From positions 396,982 through 460,981 of the forward strand of contig JAMPDF010000002.1 of assembly GCA_023665755.1 (NCBI GenBank): 64,000 nucleotides of DNA, read 5' to 3'. Positions within the stretch are counted from its first letter, which is position 1. Each line of letters starts with the position of its first letter. A program made the translations under genes and the position numbers. Below the pieces are notes generated by a model. The model saw only the letters and a list, made by a program, of their open reading frames with translations, searched no databases and was not told the DNA's origin. This stretch comes from Prevotella sp. (GTDB taxonomy: Bacteria > Bacillota_I > Bacilli_A > ML615J-28 > CAG-313). Shown piece after piece: positions 1 through 9,740 of this stretch.

Positions 1-1077
1 TCTTGAGGAATCATCAATTGATATACTATCGCATCTTTTGTAGTAGATAAGTAATGATAAGATTTTAGACAGAGCCGGTGAGTAATGATTTCACCAATTT
101 TTTGAGGACTAATTTCAATGATTTCGGTATCTTGGATAGGGTTTTCTTTTGTATCTACAACATAAGCTGCTTGAAAAGCAGAAGGAATAGGATATTTTTC
201 TTTTTCATTCAATTTTTTAACCAATCGTTTGGGCATTTCTACATCGGGTAACAACTGTTGATATACATAAATAGCATCACAAGCAAAGAAAAAATAATCA
301 CCCTGGACCGTCTCACCACTAGCTAGTTCAATAGATTCAATTGCTTTTTGAGAGTGATTTACTTTGGTGACTTCACTATTGTAGTTGATTTTACCACCCA
401 ATTGTAAGTAGTGATGGAGTATATTTTGGGTAAAGGCCAAAGATCCTTCTTGGTAGACTTTACCATTTCCACTGGCAAATGCCGCATAGGCCAAAAGCAA
501 GGCAATGCTCGAATAATAAGATGGCAGATAATCGGTAAATAGTTTTTGAAGGAGTGGGTGTTGAAAGCGTTTGGCTAAGTCGGCTAAAGAAAGATGCCGA
601 TAATACCAATAAGCTTTAGCATATCCAGCAGTAGTATGATAGGTGTGTTGTAAAAAAGAGGCTTGTTGATTGGCAATAACCAAATGTTTCGTTGTAGAGA
701 TAAAACGTTCTATTTCAGTGCTATCTATAGGAGAAAGAGCAATCATCTCATGCTTGGTCTGTTCTAAATCGGTATATAGTGCAATAGATGCATCACCATC
801 ATGGCTTTTATAAAAATATTTTCCTTGATAGAGATTGCTAGTTTCGTCAATAGCACCTATCTTTTTCCAAAGTCTAAACATTTTTGTTGTTTGATTGGTT
901 CCAGTAAGCCAGTGCATACAGTTATCAATATAATGTCCATCACGATACCATCCGCTACAGCAGCCACCAGCAGTTTGATTTTTTTCATAAATGGTTACAT
1001 CGTATCCAGCTTCTAATGCGCCAATGCCAGTAGACAAACCGGTTATACCTGCCCCAACAATAATTATTTTTTTCATC
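1..1077 (-). CDS. NAD(P)/FAD-dependent oxidoreductase, amine-oxidase/phytoene-desaturase (CrtI-like) superfamily. C-terminal end lies beyond the window start.
   Basis: Reverse-strand translation from the ATG at 1075-1077 gives MKKIIIVGAGITGLSTGIGALEAGYDVTIYEKNQTAGGCCSGWYRDGHY..., a Rossmann GxGxxG dinucleotide-binding N-terminus. RBS GGTGAGGTGA lies upstream on the minus strand. The frame stays open to the window edge. It is absent from the ORF track because it is truncated. Confidence 0.7.
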
Positions 1078-1342
1078 ACATCACCTCACCATAGTATTGC
1101 CCATAAATGAAGAAATTACACAGGCAAATTCAATATGGGGTGAATAACAAATAGAATCGGAAATTTTTGCTAGGATATTTGTTTGAAATAAGGGGAAAAT
1201 GAATTTATTTTTCCAATTGTCCATAACTTTATATGTAAAATGGTTGAAAAACTTGTAGAAAATCCATATAATATTAAGCGTGTTTAGTTTAGAATTACTA
1301 AACAAATAAATTAAAATTCTTAAACCAAAAGAAGGTGATGTT

Positions 1343-1876
1343 TTGAAGATTGGAAAAAAAATCAAAGAATTGAGGACACGCTGCAATTTAACTCAAGAGG
1401 AATTAGCAGATAGAACAGAGCTAACAAAGGGCTATATTTCTCAACTTGAAAATGATGTAGCAGAACCATCAATTTCGACATTAGAAGATATTGTTAATGC
1501 TCTAGGAACCAATTTAGGTGATTTCTTTCGAGAACAGAGTATGGAAAAGACGGTTTTTTTAGAAGAGGATTATTTTGTGAAAGATGCAGATAATTATCAA
1601 ATCAAGTGGCTAGTTCCTAATGCTCAAAAAAACGAGATGGAGCCAATTCTAATTACGATTTATCCTCATCAACAAACAGACATCGATTATCCACATGAGG
1701 GTCAAGAATTTGGATATGTGTTAGAAGGAGAAGTTTTGCTTTGTATAGATAGCGTTGTGCAAAAGGTAAAAAAGGGTGAGACTTTTTATTATGAGTCTAG
1801 TAAAAATCATTATTTGAAAAATATCAAGGATAAGCAATGTCGTATTATTTGGGTCAGTAGCCCACCAAACTTTTAA
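1343..1876 (+). CDS. XRE-family HTH transcriptional regulator with a C-terminal cupin domain (PuuR-like)
   Basis: The N-terminal HTH_3 motif (KIKELRTRCNLTQEELADRTELTKGYISQLEN) is followed by a cupin-like beta-barrel segment. The gene sits 16 nt upstream of potA. Confidence 0.75.
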   Translation: MKIGKKIKELRTRCNLTQEELADRTELTKGYISQLENDVAEPSISTLEDIVNALGTNLGDFFREQSMEKTVFLEEDYFVKDADNYQIKWLVPNAQKNEMEPILITIYPHQQTDIDYPHEGQEFGYVLEGEVLLCIDSVVQKVKKGETFYYESSKNHYLKNIKDKQCRIIWVSSPPNF

Positions 1877-1892
1877 TTAGGAGGATTTACAA

Positions 1893-3407
1893 ATGGAGAA
1901 GAATGATGTTATTTTAAAATTAATAGACGTAAACAAATCGTTTGATGGTAGTATTGTTGTTGAAAATTTTAATTTATCGGTACACAAGGGTGAATTTGTT
2001 ACCTTTCTTGGACCATCAGGTTGTGGAAAAACAACAACATTACGAATGATTGCGGGACTAGAGATGCCAGATAGTGGACAAATTTTACTCAATGGTAGGG
2101 ATATTGCACAATTACCTCCACACAAAAGACCACTCAATACTGTGTTTCAGCGATATGCACTTTTTCCTCATCTAGATGTCTATGATAACATTGCATTTGG
2201 CTTGAAACTCAAAAAGGTAAGTTATGAAACTACCAATAAACAAGGTCATGTCATTACTAAAACGAGAAAATATACCAAAGATGAAATTGATGCAAAGGTA
2301 AAGAAAGCCTTGAAGATTGTTGATTTAGAGTCTTTTGAATGCCGAAATGTAACTACGCTTTCTGGTGGGCAACAGCAAAGGGTTGCTATTGCAAGAGCAA
2401 TTGTCAATGAACCAGAAATCCTATTATTAGATGAACCACTTGGGGCATTGGATTTAAAAATGAGAAAAGAAATGCAGTTGGAACTAAAGGAAATGCATAA
2501 AAAACTAGGTATTACTTTTATTTATGTAACGCATGACCAAGAAGAGGCATTGACAATGAGTGACCGAATTGTCGTGATTGAAGATGGTTTCATTCAACAA
2601 ATTGGCACTCCACTAGACATTTATAATGAACCTGCAAATGCTTTTGTTGCAGACTTCATTGGTGAATCGAATATTTATGTAGGAACGATGATCGGCCCTA
2701 AAAAGGTACGCTTTTTAGGAACTACTTGGGACTGCGTGGATGATTTTGATATCAATGAAAAGGTAGATGTAGTAGTAAGACCAGAAGATATTATTATGCA
2801 TTTACCAAATGAAGGTAAAGTAAAGGCGAAGATTGTGAATAAAATTTTCAAAGGGATTCACTATCAATTTACCGCTATGGTAGGTAATAATGAAGTATTG
2901 ATTCAATCGACAGTAGATCATCCCGTTGGTCAAGATATTAGTTTAACGATTGAACCTGATTTGATTCAAATTATGAAACGAGAATACACCGCCAATATCT
3001 ATGAAGATGCCTATATCAATAAAAATAATGAAGTTGTTTTTGCGGGAACATCTTGGGCATGTGATGTAACGCAATTAATGGAAGGTGCTACATTAGATGA
3101 AAAAGGATATTTTATTACACCTAATGGTAAAAAATATGATTTAGATGATATTGATGTCATTGCTACAATCGATATGAAGGATATCGAGATTAGTGATAAT
3201 TTAGAAGAAGGCAATATTACGGGGCAAATTATTCAAATGGTATGGAAAGGTGACCATTATCAATTGATTATTAGAACAGAAGATGAAGAAGATTTTATAG
3301 TAGATACAGAATGGACATGGAATGAGTCCGATACAGTTAGCATTAGTATAGATCCTAGTAAAATCAAATTAAAGTTAAAGGCGGATTTGTCGAAGTATGA
3401 AATTTAA
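1893..3407 (+). CDS. potA: Spermidine/putrescine ABC transporter ATP-binding protein PotA with an internal insertion and a roughly 170-aa C-terminal extension
   Basis: It carries Walker A GPSGCGKTT, signature LSGGQQQRVAIARA and Walker B ILLLDEP. A PotA/MalK-type regulatory C-domain follows, and an extra tail brings the length to 504 aa. Confidence 0.85.
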   Translation: MEKNDVILKLIDVNKSFDGSIVVENFNLSVHKGEFVTFLGPSGCGKTTTLRMIAGLEMPDSGQILLNGRDIAQLPPHKRPLNTVFQRYALFPHLDVYDNIAFGLKLKKVSYETTNKQGHVITKTRKYTKDEIDAKVKKALKIVDLESFECRNVTTLSGGQQQRVAIARAIVNEPEILLLDEPLGALDLKMRKEMQLELKEMHKKLGITFIYVTHDQEEALTMSDRIVVIEDGFIQQIGTPLDIYNEPANAFVADFIGESNIYVGTMIGPKKVRFLGTTWDCVDDFDINEKVDVVVRPEDIIMHLPNEGKVKAKIVNKIFKGIHYQFTAMVGNNEVLIQSTVDHPVGQDISLTIEPDLIQIMKREYTANIYEDAYINKNNEVVFAGTSWACDVTQLMEGATLDEKGYFITPNGKKYDLDDIDVIATIDMKDIEISDNLEEGNITGQIIQMVWKGDHYQLIIRTEDEEDFIVDTEWTWNESDTVSISIDPSKIKLKLKADLSKYEI

Positions 3408-4188
3408 ACGTAAATACTTATCTCTTCCTTATGTATTATTTTTGATTTGCTTCATCATCATTCCCGTTTTCTTTATCATTTATTATGCATTTACCAATAA
3501 AGGCGGTGCATTTACTTTTGATAACTTATCGAAATTTTTCTCTGATTCGACAAATGTAAATGTACTATTGATTTCATTTGTATATGCCATTTTAAATACA
3601 GTGATTTGCCTATTGATAGGATATCCACTAGCTATGATACTAGCAAATAAAAACTACAATCGTTCATCTGTAATGGTGATGTTATTTGTGATGCCTATGT
3701 GGATTAATTTTATTATTCGTACGAGTGCAACACGGGATGTGCTCAATTGGATAGGTATTTCAACTGGTGCTAATTCAGGATTAACAACAATGATTGGATT
3801 AGTTTACAACTATTTACCATTTGTTATTCTACCATTATATTCTACAATGTTAAAAATGGATAAATCCCAAATTGAAGCAAGTGCTGACCTTGGTGCTAAT
3901 CGTTTTGTGACTTTCTTTAAAGTCATTATTCCGATGACGATGCCAGGGATTGTATCTGCGGCGACAATGGTATTTATGCCTACTTTATCCTCTTATGTAA
4001 TTTCCGATATTTTATCAGAGTACAACGTTGTTTTATTTGGTAGTTATATTGATTTATATTTTAATCAAGCCGATTGGAATTTTGGTTCTTTAATGGCGTT
4101 GATTATGTTATTATTGATTGGAATCAGTGTATTCATTTCTAGAAAATTTTCTAAAGATGAAACAGGAGGGAGAACATCATTATGGTAA
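3397..4188 (+). CDS. potB: Spermidine/putrescine ABC transporter permease PotB
   Basis: It has six predicted TM segments and ABC permease EAA-like loop context. It overlaps potA and potC. Confidence 0.8.
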   Translation: MKFKRKYLSLPYVLFLICFIIIPVFFIIYYAFTNKGGAFTFDNLSKFFSDSTNVNVLLISFVYAILNTVICLLIGYPLAMILANKNYNRSSVMVMLFVMPMWINFIIRTSATRDVLNWIGISTGANSGLTTMIGLVYNYLPFVILPLYSTMLKMDKSQIEASADLGANRFVTFFKVIIPMTMPGIVSAATMVFMPTLSSYVISDILSEYNVVLFGSYIDLYFNQADWNFGSLMALIMLLLIGISVFISRKFSKDETGGRTSLW

Positions 4189-4997
4189 AACGTCCAAATA
4201 CACGAAAAATAGTTGCAAAAAGTTATTTATATTTGATATTGTTTCTAATGTATTTGCCCATTTTGGTTTTAATTGTTTTTTCATTTACCAAAAGCGTCGA
4301 GCTTGGTGTTTGGACTGGCTTTTCTCTTCAATTATACAAAGACCTATTTGCCAATGACTCTTTAATGAAGGCAATTGGAAATACAGTACTGATTGCTTTT
4401 GTTTCAGCAGTTGTATCAACTTTACTTGGAACAATGGGGGCAGTAGGCACATTTTATGCCAAAAGAAAGTACAAAAAAGCGGTGGAAACGGCTACGCAAC
4501 TTCCTGTAGTGAATGCAGAAATTGTGATGGCTTTGTCGCTTGCGGTGTTATTCAAATCACTCAATCTCAGTTATACCTTTTGGACGCTATTGATTGGTCA
4601 TGTAGTATTAACGGTTGCGTTTGTATATTTGAATGTCAAACCCAAATTGGTACAAATGGATGCAAGTATTTATGAAGCAGCACTAGATTTAGGGGCAACG
4701 CCATGGTATGCTTTATTTAAGATTGTTCTTCCTGAGATTTTACCAGGTATTTTTTCAGGGTTCTTACTTTCTATTACATTATCGCTCGATGACTTTGTCA
4801 TTACTCAATATTTAAAGGAACCTTCTTTTGAAACGATATCTACCTATATTCAAAAAATTGTAGTCAAGCATCCTATCCCACCTGAGGTAAGAGCATTAAG
4901 TACAATCTTATTCTTGGTTGTACTAGGAGCAGTCATCACAATTACCGTATATAACAATAAAAAGGCTACCAAAGTAGCAACTATGCGGAGGAAGTAA
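4182..4997 (+). CDS. potC: Spermidine/putrescine ABC transporter permease PotC
   Basis: It is a polytopic membrane protein with a binding-protein-dependent permease signature (AALDLGATPW...) and is translationally coupled to potB. Confidence 0.8.
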   Translation: MVKRPNTRKIVAKSYLYLILFLMYLPILVLIVFSFTKSVELGVWTGFSLQLYKDLFANDSLMKAIGNTVLIAFVSAVVSTLLGTMGAVGTFYAKRKYKKAVETATQLPVVNAEIVMALSLAVLFKSLNLSYTFWTLLIGHVVLTVAFVYLNVKPKLVQMDASIYEAALDLGATPWYALFKIVLPEILPGIFSGFLLSITLSLDDFVITQYLKEPSFETISTYIQKIVVKHPIPPEVRALSTILFLVVLGAVITITVYNNKKATKVATMRRK

Positions 4998-4999
4998 CA

Positions 5000-6748
5000 A
5001 TGAAAAAGACAGTATTTACATTGATGTTAATGCTTGGCTTGTCTATTGGTTTAACTAATGTCACAAAAGCCAACGCCAAAAGTAAATTTGCAGGGTCTAC
5101 TCTTACGATTTATAATGTAGAAGATTATATTTCCAATGGTGAGGATGGATATGTGGATTTGATTGCGGAATTTGAAGACTTATATGATGTGAAAGTCAAT
5201 TACTATACATATGATACCAATGAAACTATGTATAATCAATTTACGCTTCAAAAAGAAGGTACCTATGATTTGATTTGTACATCAGATTATATGATCCAAA
5301 AGATGATCAAGCAAGAATTGGTCATTCCAATGGAAGATTATGCGGAAAAAATCCCTAATTATGAAAAATACGCATCTAAAGCTTTAAGAGAAAAACTCAA
5401 ACAAATGGAAGTACCTTATCAAGGCAGAACTGTGAATTTAGATGAGTTTGCGGTGGGATATATGTGGGGAACACTTGGCATTGTATATGACCCTACTTGT
5501 AGTGACACAATTTGCGAAGATGTAAAATCTTGGGATGTATTTTGGGATCCAAAATATAAGGATTTAATTTCTATTAAAAATTCGATTCGTGATGCTTTTG
5601 TTGCGGGATTGATGCATGCATATAGCCAAGATGAGACTTTTCAAAGTATCAAAAATGCGTACTTAGAAAACCCAACCGAGGCCAATCAATTACGTTATAA
5701 TCAATTGGTTCAAGATATTTTTGATTTCAAATTGGATGGTTCTTTAGAAAGCGATCGTGAAAACAAGGAAAAAATTGCTCGTGTAAAACAAGAACTTATC
5801 AGTATGAAGGAAAATATTTTTGGATTTGAAGTAGACTCTGGCAAAAATGATATTGTAACAGGAAGAATTAAACTGAATTTGGCTTATTCTGGTGATGCAG
5901 TATTTTCTATTGACACTGCAGAAGAAGAACAGGGTAAAAGACTAGAATATTATGTGCCAGAAGATGGAAGTAATATTTGGTATGATGCTTGGACCATTCC
6001 CAAGGGAGCTAAAAATATTGAACTTGCATATTTATTTTTAGACTATTTATCAGACCCAATCAATGCGGCTAGCAATATGGATTATATCGGCTATACGCCT
6101 TATATTGTTGGAGATGAATTGTTTACACTTGCTGGCGCATGGTATGGTGCAACCGACTATGCAGTAAATTGCGAGTATCTTGCCGAAAACGAATCTATGG
6201 TGATATATGAAAATCAGTTATATTGCTGTATCAAAGATAAACCAGCAGATGTTATCGTATATCCAGATAATGAGGAATACTTTGAACTTTGTGCATATGA
6301 TCCTGAAGGTGAATATGAAGAAGGAGAGATGGTATCATATGGTGGAAAATTATATAACTATATTGCAGAAGAAGCGGGTATTGTAGATGCCATTGAACAA
6401 ATAGAGGTATGGCAAGAAGTGGAAGCTTATGATTTATCTTATCTATTTAAAGGAACCCTGGGTGAAGAAAGAAGTGCTATCATTTATCCATTCCTTGGAT
6501 ATGAAAATAAACTACAAACACAGTATCCTAGTGAAAATTTAATTGCACGATGTGCCATTATGAATGACTTTGATTCCTATAATGAGCAAGTAGTAATTAT
6601 GTGGAGTCAAGTGAAAGCTTATACCAATATGATACCTGTGTATATTTTCTTAGTCATCACTCTAATTGTAGTGATTGGTTTATCTATTCTTTATGTTACA
6701 CGGAAACACATTACCATGAAATATAAGAAAAGAATGAGTCAAAAATAA
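5000..6748 (+). CDS. potD: Polyamine-binding protein PotD-like with a long C-terminal extension and a C-terminal TM anchor
   Basis: An N-terminal signal peptide is followed by a PotD/PotF-type periplasmic binding fold over the first 370 aa or so. A roughly 170-aa acidic extension follows, and the protein ends in hydrophobic helix IPVYIFLVITLIVVIGLSILYV plus a basic tail. Confidence 0.75.
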   Translation: MKKTVFTLMLMLGLSIGLTNVTKANAKSKFAGSTLTIYNVEDYISNGEDGYVDLIAEFEDLYDVKVNYYTYDTNETMYNQFTLQKEGTYDLICTSDYMIQKMIKQELVIPMEDYAEKIPNYEKYASKALREKLKQMEVPYQGRTVNLDEFAVGYMWGTLGIVYDPTCSDTICEDVKSWDVFWDPKYKDLISIKNSIRDAFVAGLMHAYSQDETFQSIKNAYLENPTEANQLRYNQLVQDIFDFKLDGSLESDRENKEKIARVKQELISMKENIFGFEVDSGKNDIVTGRIKLNLAYSGDAVFSIDTAEEEQGKRLEYYVPEDGSNIWYDAWTIPKGAKNIELAYLFLDYLSDPINAASNMDYIGYTPYIVGDELFTLAGAWYGATDYAVNCEYLAENESMVIYENQLYCCIKDKPADVIVYPDNEEYFELCAYDPEGEYEEGEMVSYGGKLYNYIAEEAGIVDAIEQIEVWQEVEAYDLSYLFKGTLGEERSAIIYPFLGYENKLQTQYPSENLIARCAIMNDFDSYNEQVVIMWSQVKAYTNMIPVYIFLVITLIVVIGLSILYVTRKHITMKYKKRMSQK

Positions 6749-6751
6749 AAA

Positions 6752-6780
6752 GCGAATATCTTCGGATATTCCTTTTTTTC
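6752..6780 (+). terminator. Rho-independent terminator after potD
   Basis: Hairpin GAATATC-TTCG-GATATTC is followed by CTTTTTTT. Confidence 0.7.
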
Positions 6781-6862
6781 TATTTCATTGAAATTTTAGA
6801 TAACTTTGAATTGAATTATTGGTAAAAATTCACAATGTGTAGTATAATATAAAGACGTATAG

Positions 6863-7618
6863 GTGATACTGATGAGAAAAGAAGAATTGTTAAAAAAAAT
6901 ACAATTGAAACCTCTTCCTAAGCATGTTGCACTCATCTTAGATGGCAATGGGAGATGGGCTAAAAAACGAGGACTCCCCCGTACCATGGGACACCATAAG
7001 GGAGCTAAGACATTACAAGAGATTGCTACAGTTGCGAATCAACTAGGGATTTCTTATTTGACATGCTTTGTATTTAGTACAGAAAATTGGTCAAGACCTC
7101 AAGAAGAAGTGGATTACATTATGAAGGAAGTTATTCGCTTATGTAACAATTGGCCAAAAACAAAGGAAAAAAATATCAAATTACAAATGATAGGCTCTAG
7201 AAAGCATGTTTTACCTACTGTTTTATCTGCTATTGATGAGGCAGTTGAACAAACGAAAAATTGTACAGGACTTACACTTTCTTTTGCCTTTAACTATGGA
7301 GGAAAAGAAGAAATTATTCAGGCCACGAAGTCAATTGCTAAACTTGTTCAAGAAGGAAAATTACCAATAGATGCCATCAATGAATCTATTTTTGAAGGGC
7401 ATCTTTATACCTACAATATGCCAATGGTGGACTTTATGGTTCGAACAAGTGGTGAAATGAGAATCAGTAACTTCTTATTGTGGCAAATTGCATATGCAGA
7501 GCTGTATTTTCCTAAAACATATTGGCCAGATTTTCATGAAAAAGAATTTTATATAGCAATAGAAGAATATCAAAACAGACATCGTCGTTTTGGTGGATTG
7601 GAGGATAAATCATGTTAA
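6863..7618 (+). CDS. uppS: Isoprenyl transferase / undecaprenyl-diphosphate synthase
   Basis: The conserved ILDGNGRWA motif and the UPP synthase C-terminal RFGG motif are present. Confidence 0.9.
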   Translation: MILMRKEELLKKIQLKPLPKHVALILDGNGRWAKKRGLPRTMGHHKGAKTLQEIATVANQLGISYLTCFVFSTENWSRPQEEVDYIMKEVIRLCNNWPKTKEKNIKLQMIGSRKHVLPTVLSAIDEAVEQTKNCTGLTLSFAFNYGGKEEIIQATKSIAKLVQEGKLPIDAINESIFEGHLYTYNMPMVDFMVRTSGEMRISNFLLWQIAYAELYFPKTYWPDFHEKEFYIAIEEYQNRHRRFGGLEDKSC

Positions 7619-8568
7619 AACGTGTTATTACTGGTGCGATTATGTTCTTAGTATTTGCCCCATTTATAGTTTTAGGGGGCTTGGCATCTACTATATTATT
7701 TGCTGTGTTAGCTTATATTGGTACATTTGAATTACTTCGTATGTATAGAAGCAAAAATGCAATACCCAAAGCATGTTTATATATTATTCCTATTTTTTCT
7801 AGTCTAATGGTTTTATCAGTTGGATGTAATGGAATAGATATGAGTGGCATAAAAAACTGTTTAGAAGATATTATGTATACATTGATTTTAAGTATTGTCA
7901 CATTGTTATTTATTGCTATCTTGGGTAAAGGGATTGCTATGAAAGACATTGTCTTCTTTATCTTTGCTCTGATTTATAGTGGATTTTCTTTTGCTATAAT
8001 GGCAGGACTAAGAAATAGTGATTTAATAGATACTATGTCATGTATGCTAAGTAGCATACGACCTTGTTTGGGATATTATGATTTATTTGGCGTGATTGAA
8101 ATTAACTGGGTAGGATTAGTCTTGTTTGGATATGTTCTGCTAACTACGATGTTTACTGATATTGGTGCATATCAATTCGGTGTTCTTTTTGGAAAAAAGA
8201 AATTATGCCCTAACATTAGCCCTAAAAAAACAGTGGAAGGAAGTATTGCTGGAACAATTTGTGGGGCTTTAATAGGAACCTCATTTATTGTTATAATAAA
8301 ACTATTTGTTTCTGGTTTTTCTTATACAAATTTTCCTCAATTTGATAATATCTATTTATTTTCTTTAGTGATGTTTTGTATCTCTCTTTTGCTCAGTGTA
8401 GCAGGCCAAATTGGTGATTTGGTTGCTTCTAAACTCAAAAGAGAGTATGAAATTAAAGATTTTGGACAAATTTTTCCGGGTCATGGTGGGGTGCTGGATC
8501 GTTTTGATTCTACGATTTTAACTACACTATTGTTTACCGCAATCTTATTTTTACTGGGGGCATTTTAA
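7612..8568 (+). CDS. cdsA: Phosphatidate cytidylyltransferase
   Basis: It is a polytopic membrane protein with the CdsA C-terminal signature (KRxxxxKDxGxxxPGHGGxxDRxDS). Confidence 0.85.
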   Translation: MLKRVITGAIMFLVFAPFIVLGGLASTILFAVLAYIGTFELLRMYRSKNAIPKACLYIIPIFSSLMVLSVGCNGIDMSGIKNCLEDIMYTLILSIVTLLFIAILGKGIAMKDIVFFIFALIYSGFSFAIMAGLRNSDLIDTMSCMLSSIRPCLGYYDLFGVIEINWVGLVLFGYVLLTTMFTDIGAYQFGVLFGKKKLCPNISPKKTVEGSIAGTICGALIGTSFIVIIKLFVSGFSYTNFPQFDNIYLFSLVMFCISLLLSVAGQIGDLVASKLKREYEIKDFGQIFPGHGGVLDRFDSTILTTLLFTAILFLLGAF

Positions 8569-9725
8569 TGAAAAATATCTTATTACTAGGAGCAACAGGA
8601 TCAATTGGTACACAAGTATTAGATTTGATTCGAGAAAATGAAGAATATGGTTTATCGGCATTTAGTTTTGGAAATAATGTAAATAGGGCTGAAGAAATTA
8701 TTGCGGAATTCCATCCAGAGGTCGTATGTGGTATTCATGGCTATGATATTGCAAAATTGCAAGAAAAATATCCTGATATCAAATATGTGATTGGAGACAT
8801 TGGGCTACAACAAATTGCCTCTGCACAAATTGAAAATCCCATGTTTATTAATGCATTAGTGGGAGCAGTGGGATTAATGCCAACTGTTACAGCAATTGAA
8901 AATAAAATGGATGTATATCTTGCCAACAAAGAGTCCTTAGTTATGGGGGGCGAAATTATTATGCAAAAGGCAAAAGAAAAAAATGTACGGATTATTCCTA
9001 TTGATAGTGAACATAGTGCCATTTATCAACTATTAGAAGGTAAAAACAAAGAGGATATTCGAAAATTGTGGATTACTGCAAGTGGGGGTGCTTTCCGAGA
9101 TTTGCCACGAGAAGATCTTGAACATGTCACTCTAGAACAAGCTTTACAACATCCCAATTGGAAAATGGGGAAGAAGATTACAATTGATAGTGCAACAATG
9201 ATGAATAAAGGTTTTGAATTGATTGAGGCACATTATTTATTTGATATCGATATTGATGCAATTGTGCCAATCTTACATCAAGAAAGCATTATTCATTCTA
9301 TGGTTGAATTTCGCGATGGCAGTATCTTTGCGCAAATGGCTTCTTCGGATATGCATTTACCTATTTTATATGCATTAGAAGGGCCAAGACATTTGCCTAG
9401 TGAAGCAATTACTCCACTTGATTTGACAAAGGTTGGTGCACTTCATTTTGAAGAAGTATCATTGCAGAGGTATCCGCTAGTTGCCCTTGCTATTTCGGCT
9501 TTTAAAACGGGAAAATTACAATGTACCATTTTAAATGCTGCAAATGAAGCGGCTGTACAATTGTTTTTAGAAGGTAAAATTGCTTTTTTAGATATTGAAA
9601 CAATTATTGCTCAAGCCTTAGAAAATCCACAGTATCAAGGATTTAATCAAGGCGATATTAGCATACCGAAAATGATGACATTACATGAATTGGTTTATCA
9701 ATCTATTTATCATCAATTTCATTAG
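8568..9725 (+). CDS. dxr: 1-deoxy-D-xylulose 5-phosphate reductoisomerase
   Basis: It starts MKNILLLGATGSIGTQ with an NADPH-binding N-terminus and has Dxr catalytic motifs. The uppS-cdsA-dxr-rseP synteny is classic. Confidence 0.9.
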   Translation: MKNILLLGATGSIGTQVLDLIRENEEYGLSAFSFGNNVNRAEEIIAEFHPEVVCGIHGYDIAKLQEKYPDIKYVIGDIGLQQIASAQIENPMFINALVGAVGLMPTVTAIENKMDVYLANKESLVMGGEIIMQKAKEKNVRIIPIDSEHSAIYQLLEGKNKEDIRKLWITASGGAFRDLPREDLEHVTLEQALQHPNWKMGKKITIDSATMMNKGFELIEAHYLFDIDIDAIVPILHQESIIHSMVEFRDGSIFAQMASSDMHLPILYALEGPRHLPSEAITPLDLTKVGALHFEEVSLQRYPLVALAISAFKTGKLQCTILNAANEAAVQLFLEGKIAFLDIETIIAQALENPQYQGFNQGDISIPKMMTLHELVYQSIYHQFH

Positions 9726-9740
9726 AAAGGAGTAAAACAA

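Noticed and set aside
801-1016. ORF-track 71-aa plus-strand ORF
   Set aside because: It lies antisense inside the well-supported FAD oxidoreductase CDS. It is spurious.
1081-1386. ORF-track 101-aa minus-strand ORF in the oxidoreductase/regulator intergenic region
   Set aside because: It is composed of low-complexity AT-rich promoter DNA (poly-Leu/Ile/Phe/Asn), has no RBS and overlaps the divergent promoter region and the regulator start. It is spurious.
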